From Auanema rhodensis (lineage: Eukaryota > Animalia > Nematoda): DNA of 64,000 nt. Within the stretch, counting starts at the first letter, position 1; every line of letters starts with the position of its first letter. A program made the position numbers and the translations under genes. Location: contig OZ059894.1 of assembly GCA_964057225.1 (NCBI GenBank), positions 20,894,001 through 20,958,000 on the forward strand, read 5' to 3'. Shown here piece after piece: positions 26,677-41,418 of this stretch. The notes under the pieces were generated by a model. The model saw only the letters and a program-made list of their open reading frames with translations. It had not been told where the DNA came from and made no database searches.

Positions 26677-29600
26677 TTAGTTATGATCGTTTGAAAAATG
26701 ATGCATTAGTGTATGTTGAGTTTCCATGTACACTCAACATTGCTTCCAAAAACATTTTGACAAAAATTTTTTCGAAAAATTTCAAAATAATTTAGCAAAA
26801 AGTAGATGTTTTTAGATTCCTTTTTTCAAGGCAAAGACGATGGACAATGTTATTCAACGAAAAAATTAATTCTTCAGGGTGAAAATCGAGGATATAAGTG
26901 TGAACTTATATCAGTTGATATCTCGGTGCATTTTCAAGCTAGCGCAAATCTGATAACACAGATCGACGCAGCTTAAAAATCCGCATCGAATGCACTATAC
27001 TACATTGAGAAACGCTTAATACAAAAATTAGTTATGATCGTTTGAAAAATGATGCATTAGTGTATGTTGAGTTTCCATGTACACTCAACATTGCTTCCAA
27101 AAACATTTTGACAAAAATTTTTTCGAAAAATTTCAAAATAATTTAGCAAAAAGTAGATGTTTTTAGATTCCATTTTTCAAGGCAAAGACGATGGACAATG
27201 TTATTCAACGAAAAAATTAATTCTTCAGGGTGAAAATCGAGGATATAAGTGTAAACTTATATCAGTTGATATCTCGGTGCATTTTTAAGCTAGCGCAAAT
27301 CTGATAACACAGAACGACGCAGCTTAAAAATTCGCATCGAATGCACTATACTACATTGAAAAACGCTCAATACAAAAATTAGTTATGATCGTTTGAAAAA
27401 TGATGCATTAGTGTATGTTGAGTTTCCATGTACACTCAACATTGCTTCCAAAAACATTTTGACAAAAATTTTTTCGAAAAATTTCGAAATAATTTAGCAA
27501 AAAGTAGATGTTTTTAGATTCCTTTTTTCAAGGCAAAGACGATGGACAATGTTATTCAACGAAAAAATTAATTCTTCAGGGTGAAAATCGAGGATATAAG
27601 TGTGAACTTATATCAGTTGATATCTCGGTGCATTTTTAAGCTAGCGCAAATCTGAGAACACAGATCGACGCAGCTTAAAAATCCGCATCGAATGCACTAT
27701 ACTACATTGAGAAACACTTAATACAAAAATTAGTTATGATCGTTTGAAAAATGATGCATTAGTGTATGTTGAGTTTCCATGTACACTCAACATTGCTTCC
27801 AAAAACATTTTGACAAAAATTTTTTCGAAAAATTTCAAAATAATTTAGCAAAAAGTAGATGTTTTTAGATTCCTTTTTTCAAGGCAAAGACGATGGACAA
27901 TGTTATTCAACGAAAAAATTAATTCTTCAGGGTGAAAATCGAGGATATAAGTGTGAACTTATATCAGTTGATATCTCGGTGCATTTTCAAGCTAGCGCAA
28001 ATCTGATAACACAGATCGACGCAGCTTAAAAATCCGCATCGAATGCACTATACTACATTGAGAAACGCTTAATACAAAAATTAGTTATGATCGTTTGAAA
28101 AATGATGCATTAGTGTATGTTGAGTTTCCATGTACACTCAACATTGCTTCCAAAAACATTTTGACAAAAATTTTTTCGAGAAATTTCAAAATAATTTAGC
28201 AAAAAGTAGATGTTTTTAGATTCCTTTTTTCAAGGCAAAGACGATGGACAATGTTATTCAACGAAAAAATTAATTCTTCAGGGTGAAAATCGAGGATATA
28301 AGTGTGAACTTATATCAGTTGATATCTCGGTGCATTTTCAAGCTAGCGCAAATCTGATAACACAGATCGACGCAGCTTAAAAATCCGCATCGAATGCACT
28401 ATACTACATTGAGAAACGCTTAATACAAAAATTAGTTATGATCGTTTGAAAAATGATGCATTAGTGTATGTTGAGTTTCCATGTACACTCAACATTGCTT
28501 CCAAAAACATTTTGACAAAAATTTTTTCGAAAAATTTCAAAATAATTTAGCAAAAAGTAGATGTTTTTAGATTCCTTTTTTCAAGGCAAAGACGATGGAC
28601 AATGTTATTCAACGAAAAAATTAATTCTTCAGGGTGAAAATCGAGGATATAAGTGTGAACTTATATCAGTTGATATCTCGGTGCATTTTTAAGCTAGCGC
28701 AAATCTGATAACACAGAACGACGCAGCTTAAAAATCCGCATCGAATGCACTATACTACATTGAGAAACGCTTAATACAAAAATTAGTTATGATCGTTTGA
28801 AAAATGATGCATTAGTGTATGTTGAGTTTCCATGTACACTCAACATTGCTTCCAAAAACATTTTGACAAAAATTTTTTCGAGAAATTTCAAAATAATTTA
28901 GCAAAAAGTAGATGTTTTTAGATTCCTTTTTTCAAGGCAAAGACGATGGACAATGTTATTCAACGAAAAAATTAATTCTTCAGGGTGAAAATCGAGGATA
29001 TAAGTGTGAACTTATATCAGTTGATATCTCGGTGCATTTTCAAGCTAGCGCAAATCTGATAACACAGATCGACGCAACTTAAAAATCCGCATCGAATGCA
29101 CTATACTACATTGAGAAACGCTTAATACAAAAATTAGTTATGATCGTTTGAAAAATGATGCATTAGTGTATGTTGAGTTTCCATGTACACTCAACATTGC
29201 TTCCAAAAACATTTTGACAAAAATTTTTTCGAAAAATTTCAAAATAATTTAGCAAAAAGTAGATGTTTTTAGATTCCTTTTTTCAAGGCAAAGACGATGG
29301 ACAATGTTATTCAACGAAAAAATTAATTCTTCAGGGTGAAAATCGAGGATATAAGTGTGAACTTATATCAGTTGATATCTCGGTGCATTTTTAAGCTAGC
29401 GCAAATCTGATAACACAGATCGACGCAGCTTCAAAATCCGCATCGAATGCACTATACTACATTGAGAAACGCTTAATACAAAAATTAGTTATGATCGTTT
29501 GAAAAATAATGCATTAGTGTATGTTGAGTTTCCATGTACACTCAACATTGCTTCCAAAAACATTTTGACAAAAATTTTTTCGAGAAATTTCAAAATAATT

Positions 29601-32600
29601 TAGCAAAAAGTAGATGTTTTTAGATTCCTTTTTTCAAGGCAAAGACGATGGACAATGTTATTCAACGAAAAAATTAATTCTTCAGGGTGAAAATCGAGGA
29701 TATAAGTGTGAACTTATATCAGTTGATATCTCGGTGCATTTTTAAGCTAGCGCAAATCTGATAACACAGAACGACGCAACTTAAAAATCCGCATCGAATG
29801 CACTATACTACATTGAGAAACGCTTAATACAAAAATTAGTTATGATCGTTTGAAAAATGATGCATTAGTGTATGTTGAGTTTCCATGTACACTCAACATT
29901 GCTTCCAAAAACATTTTGACAAAAATTTTTTCGAAAAATTTCAAAATAATTTAGCAAAAAGTAGATGTTTTTAGATTCCTTTTTTCAAGGCAAAGACGAT
30001 GGACAATGTTATTCAACGAAAAAATTAATTCTTCAGGGTGAAAATCGAGGATATAAGTGTGAACTTATATCAGTTGATATCTCGGTGCATTTTTAAGCTA
30101 GCGCAAATCTGATAACACAGATCGACGCAGCTTCAAAATCCGCATCGAATGCACTATACTACATTGAGAAACACTTAATACAAAAATTAGTTATGATCGT
30201 TTGAAAAATGATGCATTAGTGTATGTTGAGTTTCCATGTACACTCAACATTGCTTCCAAAAACATTTTGACAAAAATTTTTTCGAAAAATTTCAAAATAA
30301 TTTAGCAAAAAGTAGATGTTTTTAGATTCCTTTTTTCAAGGCAAAGACGATGGACAATGTTATTCAACGAAAAAATTAATTCTTCAGGGTGAAAATCGAG
30401 GATATAAGTGTAAACTTATATCAGTTGATATCTCGGTGCATTTTTAAGCTAGCGCAAATCTGATAACACAGAACGACGCAGCTTAAAAATTCGCATCGAA
30501 TGCACTATACTACATTGAGAAACGCTTAATACAAAAATTAGTTATGATCGTTTGAAAAATGATGCATTAGTGTATGTTGAGTTTCCATGTACACTCAACA
30601 TTGCTTCCAAAAACATTTTGACAAAAATTTTTTCGAAAAATTTCAAAATAATTTAGCAAAAAGTAGATGTTTTTAGATTCCATTTTTCAAGGCAAAGACG
30701 ATGGACAATGTTATTCAACGAAAAAATTAATTCTTCAGGGTGAAAATCGAGGATATAAGTGTAAACTTATATCAGTTGATATCTCGGTGCATTTTTAAGC
30801 TAGCGCAAATCTGATAACACAGAACGACGCAGCTTAAAAATTCGCATCGAATGCACTATACTACATTGAGAAACGCTCAATACAAAAATTAGTTATGATC
30901 GTTTGAAAAATGATGCATTAGTGTATGTTGAGTTTCCATGTACACTCAACATTGCTTCCAAAAACATTTTGACAAAAATTTTTTCGAAAAATTTCGAAAT
31001 AATTTAGCAAAAAGTAGATGTTTTTAGATTTCTTTTTTCAAAACAAAGACGATGGACAATGTTATTCAACGAAAAAATTAATTCTTCAGGGTGAAAATCG
31101 AGGATATAAGTGTGAACTTATATCAGTTGATATCTCGGTGCATTTTCAAGCTAGCGCAAATCTGATAACACAGATCGACGCAGCTTAAAAATCCGCATCG
31201 AATGCACTATACTACATTGAGAAACGCTTAATACAAAAATTAGTTATGATCGTTTGAAAAATGATGCATTAGTGTATGTTGAGTTTCCATGTACACTCAA
31301 CATTGCTTCCAAAAACATTTTGACAAAAATTTTTTCGAGAAATTTCAAAATAATTTAGCAAAAAGTAGATGTTTTTAGATTCCTTTTTTCAAGGCAAAGA
31401 CGATGGACAATGTTATTCAACGAAAAAATTAATTCTTCAGGGTGAAAATCGAGGATATAAGTGTGAACTTATATCAGTTGATATCTCGGTGCATTTTCAA
31501 GCTAGCGCAAATCTGATAACACAGATCGACGCAGCTTAAAAATCCGCATCGAATGCACTATACTACATTGAGAAACGCTTAATACAAAAATTAGTTATGA
31601 TCGTTTGAAAAATGATGCATTAGTGTATGTTGAGTTTCCATGTACACTCAACATTGCTTCCAAAAACATTTTGACAAAAATTTTTTCGAAAAATTTCAAA
31701 ATAATTTAGCAAAAAGTAGATGTTTTTAGATTCCTTTTTTCAAGGCAAAGACGATGGACAATGTTATTCAACGAAAAAATTAATTCTTCAGGGTGAAAAT
31801 CGAGGATATAAGTGTGAACTTATATCAGTTGATATCTCGGTGCATTTTTAAGCTAGCGCAAATCTGATAACACAGAACGACGCAGCTTAAAAATCCGCAT
31901 CGAATGCACTATACTACATTGAGAAACGCTTAATACAAAAATTAGTTATGATCGTTTGAAAAATGATGCATTAGTGTATGTTGAGTTTCCATGTACACTC
32001 AACATTGCTTCCAAAAACATTTTGACAAAAATTTTTTCGAGAAATTTCAAAATAATTTAGCAAAAAGTAGATGTTTTTAGATTCCTTTTTTCAAGGCAAA
32101 GACGATGGACAATGTTATTCAACGAAAAAATTAATTCTTCAGGGTGAAAATCGAGGATATAAGTGTGAACTTATATCAGTTGATATCTCGGTGCATTTTT
32201 AAGCTAGCGCAAATCTGATAACACAGATCGACGCAACTTAAAAATCCGCATCGAATGCACTATACTACATTGAGAAACGCTTAATACAAAAATTAGTTAT
32301 GATCGTTTGAAAAATGATGCATTAGTGTATGTTGAGTTTCCATGTACACTCAACATTGCTTCCAAAAACATTTTGACAAAAATTTTTTCGAAAAATTTCA
32401 AAATAATTTAGCAAAAAGTAGATGTTTTTAGAATCCATTTTTCAAGGCAAAGACGATGGACAATGTTATTCAACGAAAAAATTAATTCTTCAGGGTGAAA
32501 ATCGAGGATATAAGTGTGAACTTATATCAGTTGATATCTCGGTGCATTTTTAAGCTAGCGCAAATCTGATAACACAGATCGACGCAGCTTCAAAATCCGC

Positions 32601-35451
32601 ATCGAATGCACTATACTACATTGAGAAACGCTTAATACAAAAATTAGTTATGATCGTTTGAAAAATGATGCATTAGTGTATGTTGAGTTTCCATGTACAC
32701 TCAACATTGCTTCCAAAAACATTTTGACAAAAATTTTTTCGAAAAATTTCGAAATAATTTAGCAAAAAGTAGATGTTTTTAGATTCCATTTTTCAAGGCA
32801 AAGACGATGGACAATGTTATTCAACGAAAAAATTAATTCTTCAGGGTGAAAATCGAGGATATAAGTGTAAACTTATATCAGTTGATATCTCGGTGCATTT
32901 TTAAGCTAGCGCAAATCTGATAACACAGAACGACTCAGCTTAAAAATTTGCATCGAATGCACTATACTACATTGAGAAACGCTTAATACAAAAATTAGTT
33001 ATGATCGTTTGAAAAATGATGCATTAGTGTATGTTGAGTTTCCATGTACACTCAACATTGCTTCCAAAAACATTTTGACAAAAATTTTTTCGAAAAATTT
33101 CGAAATAATTTAGCAAAAAGTAGATGTTTTTAGATTCCTTTTTTCAAGGCAAAGACGATGGACAATGTTATTCAACGAAAAAATTAATTCTTCAGGGTGA
33201 AAATCGAGGATATAAGTGTGAACTTATATCAGTTGATATCTCGGTGCATTTTTAAGCTAGCGCAAATCTGAGAACACAGATCGACGCAGCTTAAAAATCC
33301 GCATCGAATGCACTATACTACATTGAGAAACACTTAATACAAAAATTAGTTATGATCGTTTGAAAAATGATGCATTAGTGTATGTTGAGTTTCCATGTAC
33401 ACTCAACATTGCTTCCAAAAACATTTTGACAAAAATTTTTTCGAAAAATTTCAAAATAATTTAGCAAAAAGTAGATGTTTTTAGATTCCTTTTTTCAAGG
33501 CAAAGACGATGGACAATGTTATTCAACGAAAAAATTAATTCTTCAGGGTGAAAATCGAGGATATAAGTGTGAACTTATATCAGTTGATATCTCGGTGCAT
33601 TTTCAAGCTAGCGCAAATCTGATAACACAGATCGACGCAGCTTAAAAATCCGCATCGAATGCACTATACTACATTGAGAAACGCTTAATACAAAAATTAG
33701 TTATGATCGTTTGAAAAATGATGCATTAGTGTATGTTGAGTTTCCATGTACACTCAACATTGCTTCCAAAAACATTTTGACAAAAATTTTTTCGAAAAAT
33801 TTCGAAATAATTTAGCAAAAAGTAGATGTTTTTAGATTCCTTTTTTCAAGGCAAAGACGATGGACAATGTTATTCAACGAAAAAATTAATTCTTCAGGGT
33901 GAAAATCGAGGATATAAGTGTGAACTTATATCAGTTGATATCTCGGTGCATTTTTAAGCTAGCGCAAATCTGAGAACACAGATCGACGCAGCTTAAAAAT
34001 CCGCATCGAATGCACTATACTACATTGAGAAACACTTAATACAAAAATTAGTTATGATCGTTTGAAAAATGATGCATTAGTGTATGTTGAGTTTCCATGT
34101 ACACTCAACATTGCTTCCAAAAACATTTTGACAAAAATTTTTTCGAAAAATTTCAAAATAATTTAGCAAAAAGTAGATGTTTTTAGATTCCTTTTTTCAA
34201 GGCAAAGACGATGGACAATGTTATTCAACGAAAAAATTAATTCTTCAGGGTGAAAATCGAGGATATAAGTGTGAACTTATATCAGTTGATATCTCGGTGC
34301 ATTTTCAAGCTAGCGCAAATCTGATAACACAGATCGACGCAGCTTAAAAATCCGCATCGAATGCACTATACTACATTGAGAAACGCTTAATACAAAAATT
34401 AGTTATGATCGTTTGAAAAATGATGCATTAGTGTATGTTGAGTTTCCATGTACACTCAACATTGCTTCCAAAAACATTTTGACAAAAATTTTTTCGAAAA
34501 ATTTCGAAATAATTTAGCAAAAAGTAGATGTTTTTAGATTCCTTTTTTCAAGGCAAAGACGATGGACAATGTTATTCAACGAAAAAATTAATTCTTCAGG
34601 GTGAAAATCGAGGATATAAGTGTGAACTTATATCAGTTGATATCTCGGTGCATTTTTAAGCTAGCGCAAATCTGAGAACACAGATCGACGCAGCTTAAAA
34701 ATCCGCATCGAATGCACTATACTACATTGAGAAACACTTAATACAAAAATTAGTTATGATCGTTTGAAAAATGATGCATTAGTGTATGTTGAGTTTCCAT
34801 GTACACTCAACATTGCTTCCAAAAACATTTTGACAAAAATTTTTTCGAAAAATTTCGAAATAATTTAGCAAAAAGTAGATGTTTTTAGATTCCATTTTTC
34901 AAGGCAAAGACGATGGACAATGTTATTCAACGAAAAAATTAATTCTTCAGGGTGAAAATCGAGGATATAAGTGTAAACTTACATCAGTTGATATCTCGGT
35001 GCATTTTTAAGCTAGCGCAAATCTGATAACACAGAACGACGCAGCTTAAAAATTCGCATCGAATGCACTATACTACATTGAGAAACGCTTAATACAAAAA
35101 TTAGTTATGATCGTTTGAAAAATGATGCATTAGTGTATGTTGAGTTTCCATGTACACTCAACATTGCTTCCAAAAACATTTTGACAAAAATTTTTTCGAA
35201 AAATTTCGAAATAATTTAGCAAAAAGTAGATGTTTTTAGATTCCTTTTTTCAAGGCAAAGACGATGGACAATGTTATTCAACGAAAAAATTAATTCTTCA
35301 GGGTGAAAATCGAGGATATAAGTGTGAACTTATATCAGTTGATATCTCGGTGCATTTTCAAGCTAGCGCAAATCTGATAACACAGATCGACGCAGCTTAA
35401 AAATCCGCATCGAATGCACTATACTACATTGAGAAACGCTTAATACAAAAA

Positions 35452-38400
35452 TTAGTTATGATCGTTTGAAAAATGATGCATTAGTGTATGTTGAGTTTCC
35501 ATGTACACTCAACATTGCTTCCAAAAACATTTTGACAAAAATTTTTTCGAAAAATTTCGAAATAATTTAGCAAAAAGTAGATGTTTTTAGATTCCATTTT
35601 TCAAGGCAAAGACGATGGACAATGTTATTCAACGAAAAAATTAATTCTTCAGGGTGAAAATCGAGGATATAAGTGTGAACTTATATCAGTTGATATCTCG
35701 GTGCATTTTTAAGCTAGCGCAAATCTGATAACACAGAACGACGCAGCTTAAAAATTCGCATCGAATGCACTATACTACATTGAGAAACGCTTAATACAAA
35801 AATTAGTTATGATCGTTTGAAAAATGATGCATTAGTGTATGTTGAGTTTCCATGTACACTCAACATTGCTTCCAAAAACATTTTGACAAAAATTTTTTCG
35901 AAAAATTTCGAAATAATTTAGCAAAAAGTAGATGTTTTTAGATTCCTTTTTTCAAGGCAAAGACGATGGACAATGTTATTCAACGAAAAAATTAATTCTT
36001 CAGGGTGAAAATCGAGGATATAAGTGTGAACTTATATCAGTTGATATCTCGGTGCATTTTTAAGCTAGCGCAAATCTGAGAACACAGATCGACGCAGCTT
36101 AAAAATCCGCATCGAATGCACTATACTACATTGAGAAACACTTAATACAAAAATTAGTTATGATCGTTTGAAAAATGATGCATTAGTGTATGTTGAGTTT
36201 CCATGTACACTCAACATTGCTTCCAAAAACATTTTGACAAAAATTTTTTCGAAAAATTTCGAAATAATTTAGCAAAAAGTAGATGTTTTTAGATTCCTTT
36301 TTTCAAGGCAAAGACGATGGACAATGTTATTCAACGAAAAAATTAATTCTTCAGGGTGAAAATCGAGGATATAAGTGTGAACTTATATCAGTTGATATCT
36401 CGGTGCATTTTCAAGCTAGCGCAAATCTGATAACACAGATCGACGCAGCTTAAAAATCCGCATCGAATGCACTATACTACATTGAGAAACGCTTAATACA
36501 AAAATTAGTTATGATCGTTTGAAAAATGATGCATTAGTGTATGTTGAGTTTCCATGTACACTCAACATTGCTTCCAAAAACATTTTGACAAAAATTTTTT
36601 CGAAAAATTTCGAAATAATTTAGCAAAAAGTAGATGTTTTTAGATTCCATTTTTCAAGGCAAAGACGATGGACAATGTTATTCAACGAAAAAATTAATTC
36701 TTCAGGGTGAAAATCGAGGATATAAGTGTAAACTTATATCAGTTGATATCTCGGTGCATTTTTAAGCTAGCGCAAATCTGATAACACAGAACGACGCAGC
36801 TTAAAAATTCGCATCGAATGCACTATACTACATTGAGAAACGCTTAATACAAAAATTAGTTATGATCGTTTGAAAAATGATGCATTAGTGTATGTTGAGT
36901 TTCCATGTACACTCAACATTGCTTCCAAAAACATTTTGACAAAAATTTTTTCGAAAAATTTCGAAATAATTTAGCAAAAAGTAGATGTTTTTAGATTCCT
37001 TTTTTCAAGGCAAAGACGATGGACAATGTTATTCAACGAAAAAATTAATTCTTCAGGGTGAAAATCGAGGATATAAGTGTGAACTTATATCAGTTGATAT
37101 CTCGGTGCATTTTTAAGCTAGCGCAAATCTGAGAACACAGATCGACGCAGCTTAAAAATCCGCATCGAATGCACTATACTACATTGAGAAACACTTAATA
37201 CAAAAATTAGTTATGATCGTTTGAAAAATGATGCATTAGTGTATGTTGAGTTTCCATGTACACTCAACATTGCTTCCAAAAACATTTTGACAAAAATTTT
37301 TTCGAAAAATTTCAAAATAATTTAGCAAAAAGTAGATGTTTTTAGATTCCTTTTTTCAAGGCAAAGACGATGGACAATGTTATTCAACGAAAAAATTAAT
37401 TCTTCAGGGTGAAAATCGAGGATATAAGTGTGAACTTATATCAGTTGATATCTCGGTGCATTTTCAAGCTAGCGCAAATCTGATAACACAGATCGACGCA
37501 GCTTAAAAATCCGCATCGAATGCACTATACTACATTGAGAAACGCTTAATACAAAAATTAGTTATGATCGTTTGAAAAATGATGCATTAGTGTATGTTGA
37601 GTTTCCATGTACACTCAACATTGCTTCCAAAAACATTTTGACAAAAATTTTTTCGAAAAATTTCGAAATTATTTAGCAAAAAGTAGATGTTTTTAGATTC
37701 CTTTTTTCAAGGCAAAGACGATGGACAATGTTATTCAACGAAAAAATTTATTCTTCAGGGTGAAAATCGAGGATATAAGTGTGAACTTATATCAGTTGAT
37801 ATCTCGGTGCATTTTCAAGCTAGCGCAAATCTGATAACACAGAACGACGCAGCTTAAAAATTCGCATCGAATGCACTATACTACATTGAGAAACGCTTAA
37901 TACAAAAATTAGTTATGATCGTTTGAAAAATGATGCATTAGTGTATGTTGAGTTTCCATGTACACTCAACATTGCTTCCAAAAACATTTTGACAAAAATT
38001 TTTTCGAAAAATTTCGAAATTATTTAGCAAAAAGTAGATGTTTTTAGATTCCTTTTTTCAAGGCAAAGACGATGGACAATGTTATTCAACGAAAAAATTT
38101 ATTCTTCAGGGTGAAAATCGAGGATATAAGTGTGAACTTATATCAGTTGATATCTCGGTGCATTTTTAAGCTAGCGCAAATCTGAGAACACAGATCGACG
38201 CAGCTTAAAAATCCGCATCGAATGCACTATACTACATTGAGAAACGCTTAATACAAAAATTAGTTATGATCGTTTGAAAAATGATGCATTAGTGTATGTT
38301 GAGTTTCCATGTACACTCAACATTGCTTCCAAAAACATTTTGACAAAAATTTTTTCGAAAAATTTCGAAATAATTTAGCAAAAAGTAGATGTTTTTAGAT

Positions 38401-41067
38401 TCCATTTTTCAAGGCAAAGACGATGGACAATGTTATTCAACGAAAAAATTAATTCTTCAGGGTGAAAATCGAGGATATAAGTGTGAACTTATATCAGTTG
38501 ATATCTCGGTGCATTTTTAAGCTAGCGCAAATCTGATAACACAGAACGACGCAGCTTAAAAATTCGCATCGAATGCACTATACTACATTGAGAAACGCTT
38601 AATACAAAAATTAGTTATGATCGTTTGAAAAATGATGCATTAGTGTATGTTGAGTTTCCATGTACACTCAACATTGCTTCCAAAAACATTTTGACAAAAA
38701 TTTTTTCGAAAAATTTCGAAATAATTTAGCAAAAAGTAGATGTTTTTAGATTCCTTTTTTCAAGGCAAAGACGATGGACAATGTTATTCAACGAAAAAAT
38801 TAATTCTTCAGGGTGAAAATCGAGGATATAAGTGTGAACTTATATCAGTTGATATCTCGGTGCATTTTTAAGCTAGCGCAAATCTGAGAACACAGATCGA
38901 CGCAGCTTAAAAATCCGCATCGAATGCACTATACTACATTGAGAAACACTTAATACAAAAATTAGTTATGATCGTTTGAAAAATGATGCATTAGTGTATG
39001 TTGAGTTTCCATGTACACTCAACATTGCTTCCAAAAACATTTTGACAAAAATTTTTTCGAAAAATTTCGAAATAATTTAGCAAAAAGTAGATGTTTTTAG
39101 ATTCCTTTTTTCAAGGCAAAGACGATGGACAATGTTATTCAACGAAAAAATTAATTCTTCAGGGTGAAAATCGAGGATATAAGTGTGAACTTATATCAGT
39201 TGATATCTCGGTGCATTTTCAAGCTAGCGCAAATCTGATAACACAGATCGACGCAGCTTAAAAATCCGCATCGAATGCACTATACTACATTGAGAAACGC
39301 TTAATACAAAAATTAGTTATGATCGTTTGAAAAATGATGCATTAGTGTATGTTGAGTTTCCATGTACACTCAACATTGCTTCCAAAAACATTTTGACAAA
39401 AATTTTTTCGAAAAATTTCGAAATAATTTAGCAAAAAGTAGATGTTTTTAGATTCCATTTTTCAAGGCAAAGACGATGGACAATGTTATTCAACGAAAAA
39501 ATTAATTCTTCAGGGTGAAAATCGAGGATATAAGTGTAAACTTATATCAGTTGATATCTCGGTGCATTTTTAAGCTAGCGCAAATCTGATAACACAGAAC
39601 GACGCAGCTTAAAAATTCGCATCGAATGCACTATACTACATTGAGAAACGCTTAATACAAAAATTAGTTATGATCGTTTGAAAAATGATGCATTAGTGTA
39701 TGTTGAGTTTCCATGTACACTCAACATTGCTTCCAAAAACATTTTGACAAAAATTTTTTCGAAAAATTTCGAAATAATTTAGCAAAAAGTAGATGTTTTT
39801 AGATTCCTTTTTTCAAGGCAAAGACGATGGACAATGTTATTCAACGAAAAAATTAATTCTTCAGGGTGAAAATCGAGGATATAAGTGTGAACTTATATCA
39901 GTTGATATCTCGGTGCATTTTTAAGCTAGCGCAAATCTGAGAACACAGATCGACGCAGCTTAAAAATCCGCATCGAATGCACTATACTACATTGAGAAAC
40001 ACTTAATACAAAAATTAGTTATGATCGTTTGAAAAATGATGCATTAGTGTATGTTGAGTTTCCATGTACACTCAACATTGCTTCCAAAAACATTTTGACA
40101 AAAATTTTTTCGAAAAATTTCAAAATAATTTAGCAAAAAGTAGATGTTTTTAGATTCCTTTTTTCAAGGCAAAGACGATGGACAATGTTATTCAACGAAA
40201 AAATTAATTCTTCAGGGTGAAAATCGAGGATATAAGTGTGAACTTATATCAGTTGATATCTCGGTGCATTTTCAAGCTAGCGCAAATCTGATAACACAGA
40301 TCGACGCAGCTTAAAAATCCGCATCGAATGCACTATACTACATTGAGAAACGCTTAATACAAAAATTAGTTATGATCGTTTGAAAAATGATGCATTAGTG
40401 TATGTTGAGTTTCCATGTACACTCAACATTGCTTCCAAAAACATTTTGACAAAAATTTTTTCGAAAAATTTCGAAATTATTTAGCAAAAAGTAGATGTTT
40501 TTAGATTCCTTTTTTCAAGGCAAAGACGATGGACAATGTTATTCAACGAAAAAATTTATTCTTCAGGGTGAAAATCGAGGATATAAGTGTGAACTTATAT
40601 CAGTTGATATCTCGGTGCATTTTCAAGCTAGCGCAAATCTGATAACACAGAACGACGCAGCTTAAAAATTCGCATCGAATGCACTATACTACATTGAGAA
40701 ACGCTTAATACAAAAATTAGTTATGATCGTTTGAAAAATGATGCATTAGTGTATGTTGAGTTTCCATGTACACTCAACATTGCTTCCAAAAACATTTTGA
40801 CAAAAATTTTTTCGAAAAATTTCGAAATTATTTAGCAAAAAGTAGATGTTTTTAGATTCCTTTTTTCAAGGCAAAGACGATGGACAATGTTATTCAACGA
40901 AAAAATTTATTCTTCAGGGTGAAAATCGAGGATATAAGTGTGAACTTATATCAGTTGATATCTCGGTGCATTTTTAAGCTAGCGCAAATCTGAGAACACA
41001 GATCGACGCAGCTTAAAAATCCGCATCGAATGCACTATACTACATTGAGAAACGCTTAATACAAAAA
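35452..41067. repeat. 8-mer HOR (2808 bp) x2
   Basis: M102-109 match M110-117 at all typed sites, including the p113T/p192T pairs M108-109 (37558) and M116-117 (40366). Confidence 0.88.
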
Positions 41068-41418
41068 TTAGTTATGATCGTTTGAAAAATGATGCATTAG
41101 TGTATGTTGAGTTTCCATGTACACTCAACATTGCTTCCAAAAACATTTTGACAAAAATTTTTTCGAAAAATTTCAAAATAATTTAGCAAAAAGTAGATGT
41201 TTTTAGATTCCTTTTTTCAAGGCAAAGACGATGGACAATGTTATTCAACGAAAAAATTAATTCTTCAGGGTGAAAATCGAGGATATAAGTGTGAACTTAT
41301 ATCAGTTGATATCTCGGTGCATTTTTAAGCTAGCGCAAATCTGATAACACAGATCGACGCAACTTAAAAATCCGCATCGAATGCACTATACTACATTGAG
41401 AAACGCTTAATACAAAAA

